Shown in pieces: positions 1 through 12,384 of a stretch of DNA of 64,000 nucleotides. The stretch comes from Podarcis melisellensis (Eukaryota). The stretch lies in the NCBI GenBank assembly GCA_964234715.1, contig OZ174277.1, one strand, 5' to 3'. The position numbers were made by a program, and so were the translations under genes. A model generated the notes under the pieces. The model was not told the origin of the DNA. It searched no databases and was given only the letters and a program-made list of their open reading frames with translations. Positions within the stretch are counted from its first letter, which is position 1, and every line of letters starts with the position of its first letter.

Positions 1-619
1 TGAGAACTACATTGCAAAATTCAGAGAAGTGTGAAATCCAATGAGTCCCTATGCTCCAATTTGCATATTAATTAGGAAAACCCTTTTTTTAAAAAAAAAA
101 TCAGCATGTTTATGAATTATTATGTATCCCTACTTAAGACATTTTTATTTGGCATGGAATTTTAAACAATTATATCACCTCAGTCTGCTTTTGGTTTCTA
201 TAGCCTTTTGTTTCCTCTCAGTCTGTAAATTACTAGGAAGTAATTTTATTGTATTTGCACTTTGAATAATTTTATGGCTGTTGTACACCATCAGATATCC
301 ATTGGATGACAAGTATTTTTAAAAGCCAGTCTTTGTGATTGGCACCTGAATCCAACAAAGAGCCCATTCTGTTTGCACTATGTGTGGGGTACAACCCAGC
401 CCAATGCAAAGGACCTCGCCATCTCTTCTCCTCTTGCCAACTCACCTACAAGGAATTAGAAGTTTTGAACTACAAGCAGTCGGGATGGAGGGAAGCTGTA
501 GTCAGGCAGGCTGAAGACTGATGGTGAAGTCATGCTGAAGGCCCTGGTAACCTCACTTAGTAAATGACCCAGATGGAGGGGGGACCAGCTCTGGTGGTCT
601 CATCATTCAGCGATACAAC

Positions 620-798
620 AGTTAAATTATTTATTTAACAGAAATCAAGGTTAATCACATAGTAGGCACAGAACAAGAAGCTAATATACAACTACATAGG
701 AAAGGTAAAGTAATTTCAGAAGAAGTAAAGGGTGGAGTCTCAGCTCCAAGGCATAATAACTAAGAGACAATATTTAACTATTATAACTAATTACAACA
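620..798 (-). repeat. 3' LTR of gypsy element
   Basis: Starts TGTTGTAA (minus) immediately after the polypurine tract and is homologous to 3925-4083. Confidence 0.8.
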
Positions 799-1081
799 TT
801 GCTCCACCCTTACTTTACAACTCAGACACAGTCCTTAAAATAACATAAGAGCTCTTTGCTCTCTCACTGGCTCACACTTCTCCTCAGGAGTGGGCATCTC
901 CTCTAGAGTCATCTGTCTGTCACTGGTGTCTCTGACTTTTATGAACAGTTTTTATGAACAGCCCTGAACAACCAGGTCCAGAATTCTATGATGATTTGTG
1001 GCATTGTCTTGTACTTCTTTAAAATCCCTTTCTGCTCTTTCAACAAGGTCATTTGAAGCTGGGGGACAGGATGTTTGAATG

Positions 1082-1148
1082 CCCAATGGTGAAGGATGAT
1101 GGGAAATGTAGTTCAGCAACATCTGGAGGGCCAAAACATTCTCCACAT
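1082..1148. mobile_element. Half of a common squamate hAT-type hairpin MITE, inside the gypsy integrase
   Basis: GATGATGGGAAATGTAGTTCAGCAACATCTGGAGGGCCA matches the right arm of the element also seen at 27991-28119. Confidence 0.6.
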
Positions 1149-1220
1149 TTTGAATGAGCCTCTGTGAAAAAATCATCTTCCCTAAAATAGGGGCCAGCAT
1201 AGTCTAAATGCAAAATTACT

Positions 1221-1852
1221 TGTTATTTATTTCATAAAATCTATACACCACTTGATTGTAGAAAACCTCAAAGCGGTTTACAAAATGATAAAACAATAAA
1301 ATCAAGGAAAAAATCACAACAATACATTAAATCATTCAAAAGTTAAAATACTAAAGCAGATTAGAATTACTTCAACTTCCTAAGCATCTGGGTAAAGGTA
1401 AAGGGACCCCTGACCATTAGGTCTAGTCGTGACCGACTCTGGGGTTGCGGTGCTCATCTCGCTTTATTGGCCAAGGGAGCCGGCATACAGCTTCCAGGTC
1501 ATGTGGCCAGCATGACTAAGCCGCTTCTGGCGAACCAGAGCAGCGCATAGAAATTCTGTTTACCTTCCTGCCGGAGCGGTACCTATTTATTTACTTGTAC
1601 TCTGACGTGCTTTCGAACTGCTACGTTGGCAGGAGCAGGGACCGAGCAACGGGAGCTCACCCTGTCATGGGGATTCGAACCGTCGACCTTCTGATCGGCA
1701 AGTCCTAGGCTCTGTGGTTTAACCCATAGTGCCACCCGCGTCCAAGCATCTGGGTAGGCTTGTCTAAACAAGAATGTTCTTAGCAGGTTCTAAAAGAATA
1801 CCGTGTAGACACCTACTTGATCTCAGTAGGCAGGGAGTTCCAAAGTGTAGGT
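1221..1852 (-). mobile_element. L2 LINE 3' fragment inserted in the gypsy integrase, itself split by a Sauria SINE
   Basis: TTATTTATTT tail, CTCAAAGCGGTTTACA stem-loop and GGCAGGGAGTTCCAAAGTGTAGG, typical of reversed L2 ends. It separates the IN zinc-finger motif from the IN core. Confidence 0.7.
1395..1743 (-). mobile_element. Sauria SINE (Squam1), full length
   Basis: (ACCTTT)n tail and tRNA-derived head with box B GGTTCGAATCC on the minus strand; 13-bp TSD AAGCATCTGGGTA at 1382-1394 and 1744-1756. Confidence 0.95.
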
Positions 1853-3924
1853 TCTTCTGGTGCAAGGGGGTCTGTGCTGGAGTTTCTTGATGCAGCTGAC
1901 ATTGGGAACAGTGCTTAACAACTCTTTCCAAGCTACTAGACATCACTACGAGCTACAGCTTTCATCCAGAAAATTCTTGGCAGGCACCTCATGTAAACCT
2001 CTCAGAACCCTTTGCTGTTTTTGTCATGGTAACACCACCCGCATGACCCACAAGATGCAGAGATAATATATGCTCAGTTCTATATTCATTGCCCAGAATT
2101 CATTCCTGGATTCTGTTGCGGCCCCTGTAAGATGTAATGGATTACCCTAGATAGTACAGGAGTCTGCTGAGTCTACATTCTGATCTGGAATGCCTCTACA
2201 GGGGACAGATCCAGATGTTCTAAAAACCCAGTGATTTGCATAGGGCAATCTTCAAAAGAGGATGGTTTTAGCAAATACTGTCTTGGGTGTTGTAAGATGG
2301 TCCTGATCTTCTTTTGCATGTGATGAGGAGAATGTAATCAATCATCACCACAACTTCCAGGATGTCCTTTGGGAGCTTTTTCATGGCCCTTTGGAATATA
2401 TCTCAGGCTGATGAAACTCCATAGGGCAACCTGTTACACTTGAATTTCTTGCAGTCCTCAAGTTCCATCTGCTGGTAAGCCTGGGACATGTCCTACTTTT
2501 AAAATGGAGGCCTTCTCCAAGCAACACGAGCAAGTACTAAGTTCTTGGAATGATGTAAATGTCTACTTTATAAATTTGATTATGACTTCTTATTCCAATC
2601 TACCCGGTTCTGTTTCAGTTCTCCCTGTGAGAGCACAGGGCACTGCTCTGGTTTTACAGTACTTTGGCTGGCTGCCCTACTGGTATAAATCTTGGCTTTT
2701 ATTCCTCTTACTGTACCTACTCCTTCTTGAAATATTTTAGGGTGGATCTCGAGAGGTCTGACAATTTCTATACCTCAACTTTACTTCAGCCATGTTCAAC
2801 CAAGCAAAGTTTGGCCTTTCTTCCTTTTCTACTAAAGCCTTTAAGACTTTATCTTGACCTTTGTATGTGACTGAACACTTATTGATCCTAGGACTGGGAG
2901 ATTTCTGCCAGTGTAAGTCCTTAGTTTCATTATTCTCTTGGCCAATGGACTCAGGCCTCCTTTACATTGTTGGTAACTCTCTTCGTTGACAACTGTAACA
3001 GAAGCCCCTGACTCTACAGTATTTCCATGCCTACTGGTTGATTACTGAACTGCACAGTTACAGTATAAGTCTCCTTTTTTTTCTATTACACAGTAAACCA
3101 AGCGGATCTTCTAATCTGCCTCCTCTCCCCTCTCCTTCTGTAAATAATAAGCTTTTTGTTTTCTTGTCTCTCTCTTGGACTGACTTGGTTGTGGAACCAG
3201 ACAACCTCCTTCACGATTTCTTCCTAAATGCCTAGGTTTTATGAATTTATAGCATTGGGACATTCAATGTTTACCAACATAGGCTGACAGCATTCCTCCT
3301 CAACAAAAGCACCTTTCCAGATCTCTAAACATCTGCTGTGGGCTGCAGACTTGACTTATAGACTTATATTGAGTTTCTCTGTTGTCAAGATGCAAATCCT
3401 GTACATTTGTCACCGTTGCTTCCATGGTAGTTGCCATCTTTATCATAGGTCTGATCCCTATCATCCAGTAATTGCTTTTTATTTTTTCCATGACTAATTC
3501 CACACACATATCTGTCTCTCAACGTTCCCTCCAGATTTCCAGAAGAACAGGGTTCAGTAAGTTTTTAGAGATGAGCTATATACTCTGATACAGATTCACC
3601 TTCCTTCAACCTCCTATTATGGAATTTGAAACGTTTCACAATTATACTTGGCCTTGGAATATCGTGGTCAGACAAGATCTTTTGCAACTCTGCCAAACTT
3701 TTATCCTCTGGCTTTTGTGGTTTTAACAAGCTTCTTAAAAGGGAGTAAGTTGAACATTCACAAGCACTGAGAAATGCTGCCTTTTGTTTGTCACCTCAGT
3801 GATTACATTAGCAAGGAAATAGTGGCCCAGTATGTCAACATATTGCTGCCATTCTTCTGTTTCTGAATTAAATTCCCCAGTTTTTCCACAGGATGGCATA
3901 CCTGGGGTTTTTTCTCATTGCCAC

Positions 3925-4083
3925 TGTTAAATTCTTGTTTATTTAATATATAGGCCCAGAATAAGAAGCATACACACTACATAGGAAAAGGAAAGTAACC
4001 ACAAGAATAAGCTAAACAGTGGAATCTTAGCTCTAACTATCATAACTGGAGACAATATTAAATCTATAATTACTGATTACACA
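3925..4083 (-). repeat. 5' LTR of gypsy element
   Basis: TGT...AACA termini on the minus strand, followed by the PBS. Shares blocks such as GTTAAATT..TTTATTTAA, ACTACATAGGAAA..AAAGTAA and GAGACAATATT with 620-798. Confidence 0.8.
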
Positions 4084-5559
4084 AGTAGATTAGTTCTTTG
4101 GGGTCATCTGACTCCCTAGGCAAAGAGGATTGTGGTTTGTACTGTGCAGGCGCAACTAGGACAGTGTATAATTCAGGAAGACAGTTTAAGTCCAGTAAGT
4201 GGCTGGCTCAGGGCAGCTGGCTACTAATGAATGGTCACTGTTCCTCCGTCCTGGGATACAGAAAAAACTCCATGGAGAGTAACAATGACAGAGGGTCTCA
4301 TGTGGCCGCTTAGGCATCCACCCACCCCCACCCCCGCCACCCACAATGACACAAGCTTCTATGGCATTTGCATATGCTAATTTATGGGAATAAATACAAA
4401 TTTATAAATAATGTCTATAATCTAAATAGAAACAAAATACATCTCATCATAGTGGGGAAGACTGCGACCAAGTGACTTCTGTGTCTTCTCAGTCATCTAC
4501 CAGGTGCTGTTGATGGACAACTTCAAGGTCTCTGCTCTCCCTTCATATAATTATCTTGAAATTAGACTTGTACCACATAAGAGCCTCCTTCAGTAGAGGA
4601 TTCTCCCCTGAAAGCTCTTTAAATAGAAAATTGCACTCTGTAATGTAGGACCTATGACCATCATAAGAAAGCCCCCAATACCTCATTCAGATTCTGCTCA
4701 AAAACTGAATGTTGCTACCCAAGGCAAAGCAGGAAGAGGCAAAGCAGGCAGATGTGTAATGAACTGCACTGCTGGGAGGGTGATTAGATGGTACCCAAAA
4801 TGAGCCGGGCAGGCCTGACCAAATGTGAGGATACACCAAGCCAGCAAGTATTCCTTTCCAACTAGCACTTGCCCAAAATGTGTCATCAAATAGTAGCACA
4901 ACTGGGTGAAGTAAACCAAGCCTGGTAGCTGAGCCCTACAAGGCTAGCAGAGTAAACTGATCCCCCTGTGCTGGTCTAGTTTCCTTGTCATCAGAATTAC
5001 AGCAATTATTTTCAAAGCCATCTTGCTGAGTAATGGCTTTAAGTTTATACTCTGCAGAAGATGTATTTGATTATGTGGCTATTATTTTCAGAATTGTAGT
5101 GCTTCCAAGGGTTCATTTTCTCCTCAAGTGGTGTTTTCTGAAAATTATACCTAAGAGCCTCTGGTAGAGAATGTGGAATCCAGAATCTGTTGAACAAGGC
5201 AGAGAATGCAGGTACAGAACTTGTGGGAGAAGGCAGAACATCTAGATGCCAGTCCATGATAGAGGAAGCCTAAAAGCATTATTGAGCATTTTATACTTGC
5301 TGTGTTTTAATACAAGCCAGACTGGGCAAGCCATGGCAACTATGTCCTTTCTTGAAGGCACTGTGTACTGTACTAAAACTGTAACCAAAGCCACATTTGA
5401 ACCACTTCTGGGCTCTTTCCAAGAAAGTTGTTGACAAACTAGAATGGAGTGGAGAACAGTGTTAGGTAGAAGTTCATGCCTGTTGTATGGTTCTGGGAAT
5501 ATTGGCAATTCACCGAGCTATGCACTACAACCCATAGGTCCCATTCCTGGTCAGTCACC

Positions 5560-5695
5560 ACCAGTTCAAACTCCATGAGTGTATATGTGGAAAAGAGATT
5601 TTTTTGCTCCTACACTTTAATATTTGTTTACACTGAATTGCATTTGCAATTTTATTGCCCATTCACTCAGTTTGAATTAAGTTCTTTTGGGGGCT
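5560..5695 (-). mobile_element. Old CR1 LINE RT-region fragment
   Basis: TTTACACTGAATTGCATTTGCAATTTTATTGCCCATTCACTCAGTTTG resembles reversed CR1 ORF2 sequence. Confidence 0.45.
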
Positions 5696-7882
5696 GAACG
5701 ATGAACAGTGTCTAGTTCATCTAAGTTCATTATTTTACGTGTGTGCTTGACTTTTTAGATTATTTGGGCCTTTAAACTCAAAGATCATAATCGCTTGGGA
5801 AAATAAATTATACAATTCACATTCCTCTGTTTTGATGTTTTCTTAATTTTCCTAAGTATAATTTATACATTATCTTTCTGCTACATTAACACCTGAAACA
5901 AAGCAGTGCTAAACCAGAAAACTGAACAATTACTACAACTGATTGTATAAAGTCTTCTTTTTTCCAGTAAAATGGCAAAGAGGCGATTCCTTTTGCCAGC
6001 TTGTTGTAATATTCCAGCTTCAATTTTATAAATTCCAACCTCTACACTACTAAATATATTGGAGTCCTGTCCTCATTTGACTCTATTCACCCTACAGCCA
6101 TTAGGATGATAAAGATCCAGAACATAAATCATGTGAGTAAACATTAAGGATCTATGCACTTGAACTCAGTGAAGAGACAATTGTTGACAATTTTAAATAA
6201 TAAAAGGCTGTCTCAGACAAGGGGTTGTAAAACGGGTGCAGGTGAGTAAGCCACCGTCATTGCAATATACAGCCCCCCCACAAAAAAAACCCACAAAAAA
6301 TTCAAAAGCTTTGGGGGTTTAAGATTTCAAAAAGACTAGCTCAAGTCTCAATTATTTCCGTGGGTCTACTCTATGTCTTTGTTTTCTACATAATTCTTTG
6401 TTTTCTACATAATTCATAAATCTTGAGGAAACATGATCATATTTCTGGAATACATGGTCTGTTTATTTCCCTTTCATTTATCACTGTCATTCCAAGTTCC
6501 CAAGTGAAGAGAAATGGTGCATTCAGGGTTCAGGTGTATGAATATGGTAACACTAGTTGTATTTCAGGACCTCTGAAAGCTTTTTGGTGATTTGTTCTTT
6601 GGGGCTGCTAAGCTAGGTGAGCAATCTTACTAGATACCCATATCCTACTATGTACTGCAATACCTTATTTTGTCTCAAGGAGCATGCTCTGTTTACATAG
6701 GCTCTTCCCTATGATCCCTGCACAGTATTCTCCATCACAGACGTCAGCCTATGTGGGTAGAAAAGGATCTGAAAATTTGAAATTAAAGTACTAATAAACA
6801 GATGAAAACTGACAGATCTATAGCTCTTTGATCAAGTGAGAAGGACTTCTCTTTCTCTTACACACATATATGAAGCTTAAGACTGTACAAGGTTTGTTTT
6901 TCTTTAACTAAAAATGACAGAAGAGCAATATCTGTTTGCCAGTTTGCTGTCAGATTTAGTCTTGGGTTTTCAAAAACTTTTGTATGAGAACATGATCACA
7001 AAAAGTTGGCCATCATAGAGCTGAAATCCACACTGAGCTTTAGCTATCACTATATTTGTTGGGTAAAACTTCATGTGAAACCACAGCAGGATGAGAGGAT
7101 TAACAACTTTACAATGGAAAACTGTAGAACCTATTCCATCAGAAAGAGGAAATAAGCTTACTAGCAAAGACAAGACAGAAACTGGGCCGGCAGTTTGTCC
7201 ACATTCAAGCATTGCTGGGAGGCAAAACCACAAGCAGAGAGCCAGAACTCTAGAAGAAACTCCACCATAGTAATTTGAAATCAAGTTTGAGTGGTTCCAG
7301 ATTGTGTCTGCATTCCATGCTGTAGACATTGTCTTTTAAAAGAGCTGGAAGATACAAGACAACCACCACAAGAAACACAACATGAACATTCACAACATGG
7401 TGTTAAAAAAACATATGAACTACAGCAGCTCAAGAAACAGATATGTGGAAAGAAATGCCACCCAAAAGTCATGTTATTATTATAAGCACTAAGTATATTA
7501 TATTGCCTACTTTTCATATTTTGGGTGCTTTTTGAAATCTGCCACAGTTGGGAGGACAGTCCCTAGTCCAAATATCGTTTTAGGGCCAAAGTTCAAGTTA
7601 TGCAAAAGATCCATGACTGGAAGTTCTGGCTTGCTAACGTTTTTATTGTTTTGACTTTTTTAAAAAAATCAGGAGCGCCCAAATAGATCAGATGGAGAGG
7701 AATTGAACTAGAGCTGCAATTGTTTGCTATTTGCTGTGCTGGAGAACAATACAGACACAAGACAGTATCTGTATTTCTTTGTCTACCTAGCAGGTCAAAC
7801 AACAGATGGAGGGAGAAGGATTTACACTGGGAAATTAAATGAGAGAGAAACATTATTCACTAACCTCGCCCCATTTTTCTAG

Positions 7883-7957
7883 CCTTCCAGATAAATATAT
7901 TGCTTCATCCAATCTAACAAGAGGGAGATCCCCTTGCTGTGCTGCGGTTTAAAAGGG
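7883..7957 (+). other. Candidate 75-nt exon with stops in all three frames (non-coding or poison exon)
   Basis: Branch point CACTAAC (7858-7864), pyrimidine tract CTCGCCCCATTTTTCTAG, donor GGG|GTAAGC (7958), in repeat-free sequence. Confidence 0.35.
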
Positions 7958-10900
7958 GTAAGCCACGCCTCCCCGGCTGACTGGATTAACCTGTCAAGGG
8001 CCATGACACGGGGCTTCGCCAGCCCCCGCTGTTTGTAGAGGACATGTGATCTGACTGCAACACCATCCCACTTGGAAGTGGGATGACTTTCTCACATATT
8101 AAGCAGGATGTCCTTCAGTCATGCAATCACATAGATTAGGGATTGGAAACTGGATCTGGCTGGTGGGATGGATCCAAAACACACACACTCTTGTGGGTCA
8201 TTTTGACAGGTAGACTGCATCCTCTGTGGCAAGAGTTGTGGCCCACCTGTCAATCATATGGCATCAGATGATTCCACGTGAAAGCAAGAATTAGAAATGT
8301 GTTCCCAATTTGCCTTTTCTTCCCTTTGCATTCATAGCTTGAATTCAAGCTATGGCTGCAAAGGAAGGTTGCTGGCTGCACCTGCTAAGGAAGGAATGAG
8401 AGTGCATTCCATATGGGCCCCCATTTTTTCCTTGTTAGCTGCAATTCTACATACTGTAAGGTGACAGAAAAAGGTGCCACACTCAAAAAAGGACTGAACC
8501 AGCAACTAGAAAGGATGGATCAGTGAGCCCCCAGTTCTTCCCTTTCAGGCTGACCCATGCCTGAAAGGTAATAGACAGGTGACCACAGCTCTTGCCACAG
8601 AGGATGCAGTCCTTGCTTTTTGTAACTGTGTATGTGGAATATGATGGCATAAGCATTAGAGTCACCACCACATATTTATTTAATTGTATTTTATACCCGA
8701 CGCTTCTTTCAAAAGCTACACAGAGAAGCTTGCAAAATGTGAACGATATCATCAATGCACTAATATAATAGAAAATAACAAATTACCAACACAACAGAAA
8801 CAGTACAGTCAAGCATTAAAACACCATTACATGACTAAGGAGAGCCAATGGCCCACTGGAATAAAATTGGCTCCACTGCATGTGTTAAAACTAGTAAAGA
8901 TCGAGTCTCTTACATCCTACTGTCTTAGTCTAATAGGCCTTCAACTTTTTTTTTTTAGTATAGACACTGTTGTAATCTCTGCTGCCAGTATTTCAAGTAG
9001 AAAAAAAGTTTCCACTTACAGGAAATTGTCACTGGTGAACGAATGACAGCTTTTCTCATTCATCCTGCATCGAGATGACAGCTCCAATCAAATACAATTG
9101 TAACAAATTGGTTACCATGACCATAAATCACAACTCTGCATTAGGGGTGGAATTTTCTGAAAATCCCTTTGCTTCCTCCAGTGGTCCCATTCTGGATCAG
9201 GCTCCTACGTCTGCAATTTTGCACTGCCACTTGCTCTGATAAAGCTACTCCCCATCTACATCGCAGTGCACTATGGAGTACCTAATATTAGCTAAAGCTG
9301 AAGCTTGGAGAACCACCCCACCAAAGTTGTCCATAAATGTAATCTTATCAAGTCATGCCTACACCACAAACTGTAACTGATAAACACACATACATAGATC
9401 TCCTTTGGGGGCATAGCCCACCCAATGAGAGTACCCAAGTAGAAATGACATCCATTCAAAAATAGCTTGATAACATAACTAGATTCTCGCGGAAGCAAGC
9501 AAAGGAACTGGCATAAAACATACCATACTTGATGTAAGTTTCCTGCCCAAAGTCCTGTTTGATGTTAAACACAAATGCTGTGAATATGTTCCCATGTGAA
9601 AGTTGACAGTCACTTAAATGTGATTTCCACTGATGGTTAAATGCCTACTTTCAGACATTTACAACATGCATCTGGATTTGTCGGCATTCACATACGAATG
9701 TGGATTAAACCTGTGATTCTACTTTTCAAGTCTAGCTTGTATGAATAGCAACCTGCTGTATGAAACTAGTATTTTTTTTGCAACTGAGCTTTTCTTTGTC
9801 TTATGTACAAAATACAGCTGGTGAATCTGAGGAGATAGCTTAAAGGATTTATCCAATATGGTACAAATTATATGGTTAATTTAAGAACAGAAGGAAAGGA
9901 TTAGAAAATAATCCCAAAGCATATGGAAGCGGCTTTAGAATAGTTGCACATCTCTCTATCAGTTTCAGGCATGAGTCTGGTCTCCATAATTTAGGAAACC
10001 CAAGGAGATTTGTGTCTGATAGATAAACCCCTGGCAAAGATCAATAGAAGAAGGGCTGAATTGACCTGAGAACTTATTTTGTTATGGGAAGACAGGCATT
10101 CTGACCTGAGGCTTACCCTCGTAGCCTGCAAAAGCACCCTATGCAGTGAGTCTAGGGGAACGTTTTACATTAATCCATTAGCATTGTAGAAATCCAGGAA
10201 GACATTAAGCCTTCTCCAGAGCAATAATGGCTCCAGTAGCATTTGCATTGCAGACGATCACAGTTGTTTAATTTGCAGAAATTGCCAAGAATTAGTGTTT
10301 GGAAGACTGAATTATTGCTGAGAAGCATTTAGTTATTTGAACTCATTTGTACTGTTATGTTGAGGAGAATATTGAGCATTATTCACCATACTTCTTGCTT
10401 TAATTACTGAGTAGGGAGTGCTTCACCACAAATGTGATTTTGATACAAGAAAAGAAGAATTTCATGTGCCCTTGTCAAGCAAGCTTCACTACTGCAGGAT
10501 TTTGTTTGCCAAAAAAATACAGTGCCAAGGTCAGGATGCCCTACAGTAGAAATGAGCAAATAAGGGCCCTCTCCCAACAATATACACATCAGGGTTTGTT
10601 CTTTGTCTAGACAAAGTGTGGCTTGACTAATGTGGAATCAGGCTTGTACCCTAGGATAGGTGTGGATAATCGTCAGTCCATGGGTTACATGCGTCCCTCA
10701 GCTGTTCTTCATTCAGGGCTCCAAGATTCAGGGAGCCCTGTGCACTCTTCCTGACTGCCAGGCTGATCAGCCATTAAGTGGGCAACATGGAAAAGATCAC
10801 TGGGTGCCAGGGACAATGATATTGATATTGGGATACCTGGGGAATGAAGGCTTTAACCTGGCCCTCCACCACAAATCTACATATGCTCAAAATTGCTGTC

Positions 10901-12303
10901 CCCCACATGGCTAATAGTAGTGCAGAGACAGCAATTTTGGCCGCATTGGAATTGCTAGAGAGTGGCGGCTTCAAGCTCGCTCCACCATTAGGAGACTGAA
11001 GAATGAACGCCAAATATCAATGTTGGAAAGGTTGCATGCAAACTGCTCAGGTATTAAGCACTGCAAAATACGGACATTTGGAATCAGCTTTATGGTTATG
11101 GAACAACAGCTTCTGCAAGCACAAATCAAAGCAGAAGTAAAACTCCATCCAATATTCACACCAACAAAGGGGCTAGTAAAACCAACAGCAGGAAAAGCCA
11201 CTGGTTCGTTGAGCCTTAATGCTTTCATGTTGCATCTCAGCTGCTGTGTAAAGAGAGAAATGCATTTTCATCTCTGGAGTGGAACAAACGGGACTTTGGT
11301 GTTTCAGCAAAAGTTGTTTTTTCTTGGCAGATGTTTCAACACTCAGAACAGAAAAGATCAAAGAACACAGTTCAGTGCCGTGGGCGGGGGCGGGGCGGGG
11401 TAGGAAATCAGGGTTATTCATTATTTCAACAATCTTGGTTTCTTTGCTTGTTCGCTTGTTTGCATTGTTTTCTGGCAAACCAAATGGTGTCACTCCAGAA
11501 ATACACTGGAGTGGTCAATAGTCTGGATTGTTCTTGGGCAGTAAACTCTCTATGGTAGTACTAAGTGTTAATGAAGCTAACATTAAAGATAGCTATGTAT
11601 TTATTCTTTCCTTGACAAACACAACGATTCAACGATTCAAAATACATCAACTTGGCCAAAGGCACGATTTTCTATGGCGTAACAGATATTATGCAAGGTG
11701 CACTATTGATACATTATGCCTCTCTTGAAGTAAAAAGGGCACAATGCACTGAAGTGGCTTGAAACTGAGGCTAGACAAATTTAGACCAGAAACCTTGTTT
11801 TGGACACATATAATAGACATTGTATGGATGAGCCAGCCCCCCCCCCAAGGCTCCTAAAATCTTCTGCCCCCAGGGCCCACTTGACATGGCTGAAAACTAC
11901 TCAGGACCACCAGACAGAGTTTGGCATTGGCAATTACTAGCATCATTTTCTAGTGATATGATCCTACATCTTAAAAGAAAACAATGTATTGAAATAGAAA
12001 CTAGTATTAAAAAGCTCTGTTCTATTTCAGTATGATCTTGGCATAGAATATATGTACAGTAGTTGCAAGTCGTCTGCAACTCTGCAAAGTAGGACTTACT
12101 GCTGTGTTGCACTGCTCAGCTATTATGTTGACAGTCAACATAACTTTGATGTAGTGTAAGCAGATGAATCAATCTCATGTCTAAGGATAAGAAAGCATGT
12201 GTTTACTATCTAACTTGCTTTGGAGCATTTAAGACTGCCTATAACATAGGACCTATACGTTTGACAGTTTTGTATCTGTTGTTTCTAAGGTATTCATAGG
12301 CTC

Positions 12304-12384
12304 AGGCTGCAATCCTATATACTCCTACCCAGGAGTATAAACCCCATTGACTCTACTGCCAAGTAGATGTGTGTAGGATTGCAC
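12304..12384. repeat. Short palindromic MITE-like repeat; related copies near 33735, 49370, 60900 and 62225
   Basis: TGCAATCCTA (12308-12317) ... TAGGATTGCA (12374-12383) arms around a CCCATTGA core. Confidence 0.6.

Larger units (their letters stand above)
822..3899 (-). pseudogene. Frameshifted gag-pol of the gypsy element
   Basis: Manual translation: gag MPSCGKTGEFNSETEEWQQYVDILGHYFLAN..KQKAAFLSAC..TYSLLRSLLKPQKPEDKS..RFKFHNR (from 3899); protease-like VESGASVTV (~3000); RT SQAYQQM..NRLPYGVSSA*DIFQRAM..VVVMIDYIL (~2330-2485); IN zinc finger CILW..RVVLP..LHE..VKHCSQCQ (~1860-2060); IN core LHLDYAGP and PASNDLVERA..FK (~1020-1215); ends YFKDCV* at 822. Confidence 0.88.
620..4083 (-). mobile_element. 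Decayed Ty3/gypsy (Mag-clade-like) LTR retrotransposon with both LTRs, internally deleted, carrying nested insertions
   Basis: Diverged direct repeats at 620-798 and 3925-4083. On the minus strand a PBS-like TGGCAATGAG (3914-3923) follows the 5' LTR end AACA, and a PPT-like AAGGGTGGAGCAA (799-811) precedes the 3' LTR start TGTTGTAA. Gag, PR, RT and IN motifs occur in gypsy order. No TSD recognisable. Confidence 0.88.

Noticed and set aside
1660-1743. tRNA gene
   Set aside because: The box A/B sequence is the head of a Sauria SINE, with SINE body, tail and TSD. The same applies at 21571, 32745, 60450 and 61524.
6377-6414. 19-bp tandem duplication CTTTGTTTTCTACATAATT
   Set aside because: Two copies only, an ordinary slippage duplication rather than an array.
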